Source: Candidatus Latescibacterota bacterium (GTDB lineage Bacteria; Latescibacterota; UBA2968; UBA8231). From it: 64,000 nt of DNA. The stretch is taken from assembly GCA_964291625.2 (NCBI GenBank), contig OZ220089.1, forward strand, positions 2,368,001 through 2,432,000, read 5' to 3'. Position numbers and translations under genes: made by a program. Below are positions 37,810-46,023 of the stretch, one piece after another; position 1 is the first letter of the stretch, and each line of letters begins with the position of its first letter. Under the pieces are notes generated by a model. That model saw nothing but the letters and a program-made list of their open reading frames with translations. It had not been told where the DNA came from and did not search any database.

Positions 37810-39574
37810 ACGCGCCATCGACGAGCTGACCGCGGAGCTCGAACGGGCGCGAGAGCGAGTGGAGGCAATCTACTCGAAGCTCGGCCAGGCCCGGGCCACG
37901 ACGCTTCCGCGCATCGGCCGCACCGATGACGGCGCTCTGGTCGTGGCCGGCTACCTCGAAACCTACTACACCGCCCTCGAGACTTTCTTCGTCCGGGTCT
38001 CGGGTTACTTCGAGAGCGACCTGCCGCGGGGGTGTGGCATGCCACCCTGCTGGAGAAGATGAACCTCGAGATCGAAGGGGTACGGGCGAAGGTGGTGGGG
38101 GACCGCAGCCTCGTCCGCCTCCGCGAGTTGCTCCGATGGAGTACGACTGGGCTCGCATCGACTTCCTGCTGGCGACCCTGGACGAGGCCCATCCGGCGGT
38201 GCTGAGCGATCTCGGGGCGTTTGGTGCATTCCTCCGCGAGGTTCGCGACCGCACGGGCCGCGGATAGTAAGCCCCCTCGGGCAACCGTCGCACCCACACC
38301 TTCACCTGGCCCCGCGTCGGCACCCGGCCCTGCGAGTCCTCGGCTCGCAGCCTCTCCCACAGCTCCCCGGCGCTCCAGCCGCGCAGGCTCTCCAGGGAGG
38401 TGAACCCCGCCGCGGCCAGGCGGTTGCCGTACTCCGTCCCGATCCCCTGATGCAGGTACAGCGCCACCACCTGCCGCAGATCCGTTGCGCTCGAATGGTC
38501 CAGCTTCGCCTCGACCTCGGCCCAGCGGCGCTCGCTTCTCCATCCCGTCAGCTGCGTCAGGTGTGACACGCCGGCCGCCTGCAGGGCCTGCCGCTGCTCC
38601 GGACTGATGGCCGCGGCATCGGCCACCCTCGGCGTGCGCGAGGTGACGACCACGCGGTCGACGGCGAGATAGCCAGTCACCGATACGATCACGGCCACGG
38701 CGATGGCGGCCGTCCGCGCCAGCCATCCCGCGGCGGGACCCTGCTGAGCGAAGCAGCCGAAGGGGGGCGCCAGCCGGTGCCAGACGAGCAGCCGGTACAC
38801 GGTGGCGCATCCCAGGGCGAAGGGCGGGAAGCCGAGGAATCCCAGCAGGGGCATCTCGAAGAGCTTGAGCTCGTCGAAGAAGGGGACCGTGTAGATCCAC
38901 TTGGCCCGGGCCCAGTAGTTGAAGAACTCCCAGAAGCCGCCGGCGATGGCGCCGGCCAGCAGCATGCGCAGGGTGGGGCCGTACTCGCCGCGCTCCCACT
39001 GGCGCAGCCAGCCGTCCGCTCCACGGCGGTAGACCGTCGGCGCGAGGATCAGGGGCGCGACACCCCAGATCAGCGGGTAGAACCGCGTCGGATCGAGCAG
39101 GCACAGCGCCAGGCTGGCGGCGCCGGCGGCCTGCAGGGCGAGCAGGGATCGCGAACCGAAGCGCAGGGGACGGAGGCGCACCGACGCGGCGACGCCTCGG
39201 GCGCTGAGCCAGTGGTCGATCCAGAACACGCCCGGAAGTACCGTGCCGAAGGCGAGGATGGTCCCCGCCAGGCGCGCGGCGTCCACATCGGTGACCATGA
39301 CGTAGTGCCAGTTCTGCAGCCGCAGGTTGGCCAGCTCGCAGGCGAACCAGAGCACGGCGGACCACGCCATCAGCATGGCGAAGGATCGCGCGCCGAGGCG
39401 GGCGATCAGCGAACGGCCCTCGGCCCGGGCGATGAGCTGGTCGAAGGTGAAGAGGAGGCCGGCCCAGGCGAAGAGGAAGAAGAAGGTGGCCACCGGCTCC
39501 ACGCCGAGGGCGGCGAGCCCGTAGAAGCCGGCCATCCAGGCCACGCCCAGGGACACCGGAACGGGGGATCTCAT
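37760..39574 (-). CDS. Multi-TM membrane protein with C-terminal HhH/DUF4332-like domain; natural stop apparently lost near 38280
   Basis: ELANLRLQNWHY, GGFWEFFNYWARAKWIYTVP..KLFEMPLLGFLGFPPF, GIGTEYGNRLAAAGF; residues after VKVWVRRLP are antisense to the HEPN gene. Confidence 0.7.
   Translation of the reverse strand: MRSPVPVSLGVAWMAGFYGLAALGVEPVATFFFLFAWAGLLFTFDQLIARAEGRSLIARLGARSFAMLMAWSAVLWFACELANLRLQNWHYVMVTDVDAARLAGTILAFGTVLPGVFWIDHWLSARGVAASVRLRPLRFGSRSLLALQAAGAASLALCLLDPTRFYPLIWGVAPLILAPTVYRRGADGWLRQWERGEYGPTLRMLLAGAIAGGFWEFFNYWARAKWIYTVPFFDELKLFEMPLLGFLGFPPFALGCATVYRLLVWHRLAPPFGCFAQQGPAAGWLARTAAIAVAVIVSVTGYLAVDRVVVTSRTPRVADAAAISPEQRQALQAAGVSHLTQLTGWRSERRWAEVEAKLDHSSATDLRQVVALYLHQGIGTEYGNRLAAAGFTSLESLRGWSAGELWERLRAEDSQGRVPTRGQVKVWVRRLPEGAYYPRPVRSRTSRRNAPNAPRSLSTAGWASSRVASRKSMRAQSYSIGATRGGGRGCGPPPPSPVPLRSRGSSSPAGWHATPPRQVALEVTRDPDEESLEGGVVGFEVAGHDQSAVIGAADARKRRGPGLAELRVDCLHSLSRPFELRGQLVDGAFSPGLHLPMPLCRTAG
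37793..38267 (+). pseudogene. HEPN/HepT-like RNase toxin, frameshifted and missing its catalytic motif
   Basis: Three frames: YYTALETFFVRV..LPRG / WHATLLEKMNLEIEGVR...LRELLR / MEYDWARIDFL; no RH-containing motif between ELLR and EYDW. Confidence 0.75.
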
Positions 39575-39590
39575 CCCATCAGAGATCGGT

Positions 39591-39851
39591 TCACTGCCAC
39601 AGTTCGGGATCGACTCGCCGCCCGGAGTCGATCTTCCGCTGAATCCGGGAGAACTCCTCCTCGTCCCAGCGTCCGAAGAGGTGATCCATGTCTCTGTGGA
39701 CCTCGGTGAAGCGGCGGGACTTGGCCAGTCCGAAGTGCCTTCGCAGGGCATCCAGCGCTACCTGGTTCACGCTCTTGCCTTCCCGCTCGGCTACCTCATT
39801 CAACTTGGCGGCGAGTTGGGGATCCAGACCACGCAGAGTCATGCTCTTCAC
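39591..39851 (-). CDS. Ribbon-helix-helix (FitA/VapB-like) antitoxin without PIN toxin
   Basis: MTLRGLDPQLAAKL...AEREGKSVNQV and DMDHLFGRW...RVDPELW. Confidence 0.72.
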   Translation of the reverse strand: MKSMTLRGLDPQLAAKLNEVAEREGKSVNQVALDALRRHFGLAKSRRFTEVHRDMDHLFGRWDEEEFSRIQRKIDSGRRVDPELWQ

Positions 39852-39943
39852 TCGGTCCGCGAAGGAGTGCCTCCTTTGAGTGCCATGAGTGTGTAGTATC
39901 GGTATGATCTCGTCAGATGAAATCCTACAGGGAGCATCGACCG

Positions 39944-40252
39944 ATGAGCAACGACGATGGCCGTGCGCGCCCCATGCTGAACCCCCCGCATCTGGGCGAA
40001 CTGATCCGTGAGAGCATGGATGAGACCGGATGGAACGTCACGGAGACGGCCGTCCATCTCGGCTGCGAACGCGGAACCCTGTCGCGCGTGCTGAACGGCA
40101 AGGCGGGCGTCTCTGCGAACATGGCGCTGGCCCTCGAAGCCATCGGCTGGGGCACCGCCGAGCACTGGATGCGGATGCAGGCGAGCTACGAAGTCGCACA
40201 GGCACGGCGGAACCAGGCGGCGACCGCCCCGGCGGCGGCAGACTACAAGTAG
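39944..40252 (+). CDS. higA: HigA-family antitoxin
   Basis: NPPHLGELIRE...VTETAVHLG..RGTLSRVLNGKAGVSANMAL...WMRMQASY. Confidence 0.88.
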   Translation: MSNDDGRARPMLNPPHLGELIRESMDETGWNVTETAVHLGCERGTLSRVLNGKAGVSANMALALEAIGWGTAEHWMRMQASYEVAQARRNQAATAPAAADYK

Positions 40253-40261
40253 TAGACCACC

Positions 40262-40555
40262 GTGAAGCGAACCTACATCGGGTTGGTACACAAGGAGCAA
40301 CAGAGCGACTACGGGGTGAGCTTCCCCGACTTGCCCGGATGTGTCACCGCCGGCCGCACCCTTGAGGAGGCCAAGGAAGTGGCCGCCGAAGCTCTGGCAC
40401 TCCATCTCGAAGGCCTGGCCTGCTCGGACAACGAGATCCCCGAGCCCAGTTCCGCCGATGCCGTTGTTGCGCACCCCGATGCCGGCAGCGCCGTCGCTCT
40501 GCTCCTTGTCGATGCTCTTCCAGAGCAAGCCGGGGTGCAGGTTCCGAGCAGTTAG
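40262..40555 (+). CDS. hicB: HicB-family antitoxin (no C-terminal DNA-binding domain, no hicA)
   Basis: YGVSFPDLPGCVTAGRTLEEA...AEALALHL...IPEPS. Confidence 0.85.
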   Translation: MKRTYIGLVHKEQQSDYGVSFPDLPGCVTAGRTLEEAKEVAAEALALHLEGLACSDNEIPEPSSADAVVAHPDAGSAVALLLVDALPEQAGVQVPSS

Positions 40556-40589
40556 GGGGGCATCCAGCGCCGTCTGGTTCACCCTCCCC

Positions 40590-42428
40590 TCAGCGCAGCG
40601 GCCCCCGGCTCGAATCCGCCAGCGGCACGGGCGCCGACAGCCTCACCAGGTCGGGCAGGTCGATCTCCTGCAGCAGTCCGAAGCAGAGCAGTGGCGCGTC
40701 GGCCGCGTAGGACGAGGGCCACTCCACCAGCCGGTCCAGCGAGTCGATCAGACCGGCGGTGACGATCCCGGCGAAGCGCCGGGGCTGCAGGGCCGCCGCC
40801 AGCAGGCAGAGGACCGGCGAGGTCCGGCCCCCGGCGCGCAGGTACAGGTCGCCGGGGTAGTGCCGGGACGCCCAGTCGGCCACGGCCAGCAGCTGGCCGG
40901 CCATGATGCCCAGGGACCGCTCCCCGGCGCTGGCCAGGAGCATGTGGAACTGGAAGGCGCAGGCGTTCTCCCCGGCGCCGAAGAGGTCGAAGGCCAGCAC
41001 CCGGCGCCTCTCCTCCAGGGCCTGCCGCGCCAGGGCCGCCGCCCCGCGGCGCCCGCCGTCGTTGACCACGATCTCCGTGCCCTTCGCCCTTCCCCCCGGC
41101 TCCAGGACCGTGACCGGCACCGACCAAGGGCCGACGCGCAGGGCCCCGTCGCTCAGGGCCAGGCCGCCCCTCGGGGCCCGCCTCGCCAGGGCGCCCTCCG
41201 CCTCGTAGCGGCCCAGGTGCAGGACCCGCTCCAGTCTCCGGCGGGTCACCGCCGCCGCCGGCCGGGCCTTCTCGCGCCGGCGGCGGATCCGCCGCAGGTG
41301 GTCCTGCGCCAGCGAGTAGAGGGTGGCGTTGTCGGCGGGCAGCCCCACGTTCAGCTCGCTCTCCGGGAGCAGCTCCTCCTCGTACGGCAGGTCGTCGTCC
41401 GGCGTGTCCAGGCCCCAGTGCTTGTTCAGGAAGCGGTAGAGCTGGCCGCGGTTGTCGCTCTCGTAGTTGTGGGTCCCGGGGTCGACGTTGTCGTGCAGCT
41501 CGATGTCGCCGCCGGCGCCCAGGCTCTCGAAGACGGCGCGGGCCGGCCGGTACACGGAGAGCCGCGTGCGCCGGGTCTGGAAGCAGCAGTCGTCCTCGCG
41601 GTTGTAGATCAGCAGCGTCGGCCGCGGCGCGAACATGGCGGTGAGCACGTCGTAGTCGGCGGCCGTGCACAGGTCGGCGGGGCACTGCTCCAGGTCGCCC
41701 ATGTCCGCGGCGCACCGGCACCGCTGCCACACCGGCGAGTGGCCGGCCACGGGCACGGGCACGGTGACCCGCTCGTCGAGGGCGGCCAGGACCGCGGTCT
41801 GCCAGCCGCCGCCGGAGAGCCCGGTCATGGCCACCCGCTCCGGGTCGGCGTGGCGGTGGGCGAGGAGCACGTCGAGGCCGCGCTTCATCAGCAGGTAGAA
41901 CACGCCGACGCCTTCGACGCCGCAGAAGTCGAGGAGGCTGATTCGCATGTGGTCGCTGTCGGAGCGCAGCTCCCCCATGCCGATGAACTCGGTGTTCAGG
42001 GCCAGCATGCCGCGCCTGGCCAGGTTGATGCAGCGCGCCTGCTTGTAGTCCATCGCCTTGCCGCCGGCGTGGTGCCCGTTCGGGTTGAGCACGGCGGGCA
42101 CCTTGCCGCGCAGGCCCGTGGGCTCGTAGAGCAGGGCCGGCACCCACAAGCCGGGGTAGCCCTCGTAGCGCAGCTTGCGGATGCGGTACCCCGGGCCGGC
42201 CTCGATGACGCCGCGCTGCTCGACGCGGGGCTGCTCCTCCAGGATGCCGGCGGGATGGCCGCGCAGGAACAACTCGAGGACGGCGGCGCGGGCCTTGGCG
42301 GCGCGTCGCTTCCAGGCCGCGGGGGAGGAGGGTTTCTCCAGGCGGGGAAGGCGCTCGTCGAGGAAGGCGAGCAGCTCCCGGCTGGCGGTGCGCTGGCCGA
42401 GGAGGCGGCGGGACAGGTGGCGTTCCAT
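40590..42428 (-). CDS. Alpha/beta hydrolase (acetylxylan-esterase-like)
   Basis: VPALLYEP..PAVLNPNGH, GLSGGG nucleophile elbow, DDCCF and GTHNY motifs. Confidence 0.8.
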   Translation of the reverse strand: MERHLSRRLLGQRTASRELLAFLDERLPRLEKPSSPAAWKRRAAKARAAVLELFLRGHPAGILEEQPRVEQRGVIEAGPGYRIRKLRYEGYPGLWVPALLYEPTGLRGKVPAVLNPNGHHAGGKAMDYKQARCINLARRGMLALNTEFIGMGELRSDSDHMRISLLDFCGVEGVGVFYLLMKRGLDVLLAHRHADPERVAMTGLSGGGWQTAVLAALDERVTVPVPVAGHSPVWQRCRCAADMGDLEQCPADLCTAADYDVLTAMFAPRPTLLIYNREDDCCFQTRRTRLSVYRPARAVFESLGAGGDIELHDNVDPGTHNYESDNRGQLYRFLNKHWGLDTPDDDLPYEEELLPESELNVGLPADNATLYSLAQDHLRRIRRRREKARPAAAVTRRRLERVLHLGRYEAEGALARRAPRGGLALSDGALRVGPWSVPVTVLEPGGRAKGTEIVVNDGGRRGAAALARQALEERRRVLAFDLFGAGENACAFQFHMLLASAGERSLGIMAGQLLAVADWASRHYPGDLYLRAGGRTSPVLCLLAAALQPRRFAGIVTAGLIDSLDRLVEWPSSYAADAPLLCFGLLQEIDLPDLVRLSAPVPLADSSRGPLR

Positions 42429-42507
42429 CTGCATTCTCCGGTGGCAGGTCCGCCGAAGGCTAGGCCGCGGGAGGCCCGGGGCAAAGCCGCCGAGACCCCG
42501 GCCTGGC

Positions 42508-42545
42508 AAAGAGAAAGGCGCCGGCGGGAAGGACCCGCCGGCGCC
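42508..42545 (-). terminator. Rho-independent terminator
   Basis: Perfect 12-bp stem GGCGCCGGCGGG/CCCGCCGGCGCC (42517-42545) followed on the minus strand by TTTCTCTTT. Confidence 0.85.
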
Positions 42546-42578
42546 GGAAATGCCTGGTCTCTCTTCCGAGAGTGGGGA

Positions 42579-42776
42579 CTAGCTGTTGCGCTTGAGCACC
42601 GGAAGGCCGTTGCGGCTCTCGGCCACCTGGTAGCCGTCGGGCACCGCGTCGAGGGCGCCCTCGCGCGCCTCCTTGGCGAAGAAGAAGATGTTCTGGGTGT
42701 TCCCGTTCTTCAGGGTCGTGGTCTTCTGGTGGAGGATGTAGGACGTTCCCTTCGAGTTCGTGAACGAAAACGGCAT
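42579..42776 (-). CDS. Small basic hypothetical protein (65 aa)
   Basis: GAGGAG RBS, strongly biased codons, own terminator; sequence MPFSFTNSKGTSYILH...GLPVLKRNS. Confidence 0.8.
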   Translation of the reverse strand: MPFSFTNSKGTSYILHQKTTTLKNGNTQNIFFFAKEAREGALDAVPDGYQVAESRNGLPVLKRNS

Positions 42777-42913
42777 GGGCGAGAGCTCCTCTCGTCGGTT
42801 GAGTGTGGATCGATGGGCCAAAAGTACCCAAGTTCGCCGAAATCTGCCACGTCCCCGGCGTCCTTGACATGCCTTGAGCCGCCGGGCTACATCTACCGCC
42901 CCAAAGGTCCCCC

Positions 42914-43690
42914 GTGACAGACGAACCGAACGTCATCCCCGCCGGCGAGAATCCCTTCGGGGGCGTCATCCCCGAACCGGGCGCCCTCGACCCCGACCCG
43001 GCGCGCTTCGCCGCCCAACTCGAGGCCTCCATGGCCCGCTGGCGCGACCAGGAATACCGCGTCGTCTGGCTCGAGATCTCCCTCGACCGGGCGGCGCTGA
43101 TCCCCGTGGCCGCGGCGGCCGGGTTCACCTTCCACCACTCCAACGACGACAGCCTGATGATGACGGCGCGCCTCGAAGAGGACGCCTTCATCCCCGCCCA
43201 CGCCTCGCACTACATCGGCGTCGGCGGCGTGGCCATCAACGACCGCGACGAGCTGCTCGTGGTCAGCGAGAGGTACCACCGCACCCCCCGCCGGCGCGGG
43301 AGCTACAAGCTGCCCGGCGGCGCCCTGCACGAAGGGGAGCACCTGGTGGAAGGCATCGTCCGCGAGGTCTTCGAGGAGACGGGGGTACGCACCGAGTTCG
43401 ACGCCCTCGTCTGCTTCCGCCACTGGCACGGCTACCGCTACGGCAAGTCGGACATCTACTTCGTCTGCCGCCTGCGGCCCCTCGACGAGCGCATCACCAT
43501 CCAGGAGGAGGAGATCGCCGAGAGCCGCTGGATGCCGGTGCAGGAGTACTACGAGGCCGAGGGCGTGAGCGACTTCAACAAGAAGATCGTGCGCGCCGCC
43601 CGCGACAGCGCCGGCATCCGCCCCACCGAGCTGGAGGGCTACGGCGACCCGGCGCGGTTCGAGTTCTTCATGCCCCACCCCGGCCAGTAG
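42914..43690 (+). CDS. NUDIX hydrolase (NUDT6-like)
   Basis: VWLEI...GFTFHH N-domain; KLPGGALHEGEHLVEGIVREVFEETG Nudix box; GKSDIYF; TTGACA at 42864 upstream. Confidence 0.9.
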   Translation: MTDEPNVIPAGENPFGGVIPEPGALDPDPARFAAQLEASMARWRDQEYRVVWLEISLDRAALIPVAAAAGFTFHHSNDDSLMMTARLEEDAFIPAHASHYIGVGGVAINDRDELLVVSERYHRTPRRRGSYKLPGGALHEGEHLVEGIVREVFEETGVRTEFDALVCFRHWHGYRYGKSDIYFVCRLRPLDERITIQEEEIAESRWMPVQEYYEAEGVSDFNKKIVRAARDSAGIRPTELEGYGDPARFEFFMPHPGQ

Positions 43691-43702
43691 GGACCGCCCC
43701 TG

Positions 43703-44848
43703 ATGCGCCTCGACGTCGTGCAGCTCACCGGCGCCGAATTCGACGAGGCGATCGGGTTCCTCGACGGCGTCTTCGGCGAGCACCGGCCCCACGACTTCGC
43801 CACCCTCCTGCCGTCGATCTACCAGCCCTGCGACGAGTTGATGTCCTGCAACCACGCCCTGCGCGTGGACGGGCGGATCCGCGCCATCGTCGGCCTCTTC
43901 CCCATCGACTGGCAGGTGGGCGGCCGCCTGCTGAAGGTCGGCGGCATCGGCGGCGTCTCCACCCACCCCGGCGACCGCGGCAAGGGCTACATGGGGGTTC
44001 TCATGCGCCACTGCGTGGAGCGCATGAAGGCCGAGGGATTCCACCTCTCCTGGCTCGGCGGACAGCGCCAGCGCTACGGCTACTTCGGGTACGAGAAGTG
44101 CGGCCAGACGGTCTCCTTCGACCTGGGGCCGGCCAACCTGCGCCACGCCGGCCCGGAGACGGCGGGTCTGCGCTTCGAAGCTCTGGAGCCGGGCCACTCC
44201 GAGCGACTGGAGCAGGCCTGGGTGATGCACCGGGCCCAGCGGGTCCACTGCCGGCGCCGCAAGCCCTGGTTCCACCGCTACCTGCGCGCCTGGTACAACC
44301 GCCCCCACGCGGCCCTCGACGGTTCCGGCGAGATGGCCGGTTACCTGGTGGCCGGCGGAGAGGGCGGCCAGGTGGTCGAGCTGGTCGGCCGCGACCAGGA
44401 GACGGCCCTGGCCATGGCCCCGGCGTGGGTGCAGGCGCGAGACGCCGGCTCCGTGCGCTTCACCCTGCCGCCGGAGCGGCGGGGCCTGGTGCGAGGGCTG
44501 GGCGCGGTGGCCGAGTCGGTGAGCGTGGCCTCCTCCGGGAACTGGCAGGTCTTCGACTGGGCGGCCACGGTGGAGGCCCTGATGGGGGTCTGCGACGGTC
44601 TGCCGGAGGGCGAGGCCGACCTCGGCATCGAGGGCTACGGGAAGCTGAGAGTCCGCGTGCGGGACGGAAGGGTCGAGTGCCGGCGGGAGGATGCCGGCGG
44701 CGGCGTCACCTGGGACCCGCGAACGGCGATGCGCGTCCTCTTCGGACCGCTGGCGCCGGAGCTTGTGACCGACGTGCCCCCGGCCCTGGACGCGCTCCGG
44801 GCCTGGTGCCCGCTGCCCCTCGGCTGGCTGCGTCCGGACGGAGTCTGA
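43703..44848 (+). CDS. GNAT acetyltransferase (Eis-like)
   Basis: GIGGVSTHPGDRGKGYM acetyl-CoA motif; RYGYFGYE. Confidence 0.85.
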   Translation: MRLDVVQLTGAEFDEAIGFLDGVFGEHRPHDFATLLPSIYQPCDELMSCNHALRVDGRIRAIVGLFPIDWQVGGRLLKVGGIGGVSTHPGDRGKGYMGVLMRHCVERMKAEGFHLSWLGGQRQRYGYFGYEKCGQTVSFDLGPANLRHAGPETAGLRFEALEPGHSERLEQAWVMHRAQRVHCRRRKPWFHRYLRAWYNRPHAALDGSGEMAGYLVAGGEGGQVVELVGRDQETALAMAPAWVQARDAGSVRFTLPPERRGLVRGLGAVAESVSVASSGNWQVFDWAATVEALMGVCDGLPEGEADLGIEGYGKLRVRVRDGRVECRREDAGGGVTWDPRTAMRVLFGPLAPELVTDVPPALDALRAWCPLPLGWLRPDGV

Positions 44849-44942
44849 GGGAGCCCCGGCCCCGCCCGGGCCACCCGGCCCTGGAAGCCCTGCGGGCCTG
44901 GTGCCCGCTGCCCCTCGCTGGCTGCTCCCCGACGGGGTCTAG
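44780..44942 (+). repeat. Diverged duplicate of the last 23 codons of the GNAT gene
   Basis: 44780-44848 aligns with 44875-44942, with mostly third-position changes and a 1-nt deletion. Confidence 0.9.
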
Positions 44943-45931
44943 GCCAGCCCCGCCTTCTCCAGCACCTCCGGGTTGACCACGTTGCGGGGCCTGCGCCCTT
45001 CGAGGACGGCGACGATCTCCCGCGCCCCGAGCTCGGCCATGCGGGTCCGGGCGGTGACCGTGTTCGAGCCGCTGTGGGGCGTCGCGACAACCTGCTCGAG
45101 GGCGACGAGCCGCGACGAGTCGCCGGCGGGCGGTTCCGTGGCCTGGCAGTCGAGGCCGGCTCCGGCCAGATGGCCGTCCTCCAGGGCCGCGACCAAGGCC
45201 GGCTCGTCGACGAGGCCGCCGCGGGCGGTGTTGATCAGCCAGCCCCCCCGCTTCATGCGGCGCAGGAAGCCGGCGTCGACGATGCCGGCGTTCTCCGGCG
45301 ACATGGGCAGGTGCAGGCTGACGGCGTCGGAGCCGGCCAGCAGGCCGTCGAGGTCGACCGGCTCGGCGCCGATCTCGCGCAGCCTCTCCGGATCGACCCA
45401 GGGATCGTGGACCAGGACCCGCATGCGGAAGCCGAGGGCCCGCCGGACCACCTCGGCGCCGATGCGCCCGCAGCCGAGCAGGCCCAGGGTCATCGATGCC
45501 AGGTCCTCGCCCATGAAGGCCTCGTAGCCCCCGGCCTTCACGTGCCGGTCCTGCGCGGAGAGGCCGCGCACCACGGCCAGCAGCAGGCCCATGGCGAGGT
45601 CGGCCACGGCGTCGGCCATGACGCCCGGGGTGTAGCAGACCACGATCCCCCGCCGCGTGCAGTAGTCGACGTCGACCCGGTCGTAGCCGACGCCGTTGCG
45701 GCAGACGACCTTCAGGCGCTCGGCGGCGGCCATGGTCGACTCGTCCAGGCGCTCGGCGCCGGCGAGGATGGCGTCGGCGCCGCTCAGCGATTCGCGGGTG
45801 TCGTCGTCGAGCCAGTCGGGTCCGCCGTAGCGGTGCTCCCAGTCGATGCCGGCGGCGTCGAAGATCTCCGCCGAGGGCCGGCGGCCGGCGATGTCGAGGT
45901 TGACGGTGATGACGGCCCGTGGCCTGCCCAT
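44939..45931 (-). CDS. D-isomer-specific 2-hydroxyacid dehydrogenase (SerA-like)
   Basis: GVGYD, GCGRIG, INTARGGLVDE and TPHSG motifs. Confidence 0.9.
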   Translation of the reverse strand: MGRPRAVITVNLDIAGRRPSAEIFDAAGIDWEHRYGGPDWLDDDTRESLSGADAILAGAERLDESTMAAAERLKVVCRNGVGYDRVDVDYCTRRGIVVCYTPGVMADAVADLAMGLLLAVVRGLSAQDRHVKAGGYEAFMGEDLASMTLGLLGCGRIGAEVVRRALGFRMRVLVHDPWVDPERLREIGAEPVDLDGLLAGSDAVSLHLPMSPENAGIVDAGFLRRMKRGGWLINTARGGLVDEPALVAALEDGHLAGAGLDCQATEPPAGDSSRLVALEQVVATPHSGSNTVTARTRMAELGAREIVAVLEGRRPRNVVNPEVLEKAGLA

Positions 45932-46023
45932 GGACGCTCCTATATTTGGTCGTGGAAATCGAGCGCCTGAATAAGGCCCGCCCGCCAGCTCCGCGCCATG
46001 GCCCGCCATCCCGGAGGAGACCG

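Noticed and set aside
44780-44942. Possible DGR variable/template repeat pair
   Set aside because: Differences are not adenine-specific but mostly synonymous, and no reverse transcriptase is in the window.
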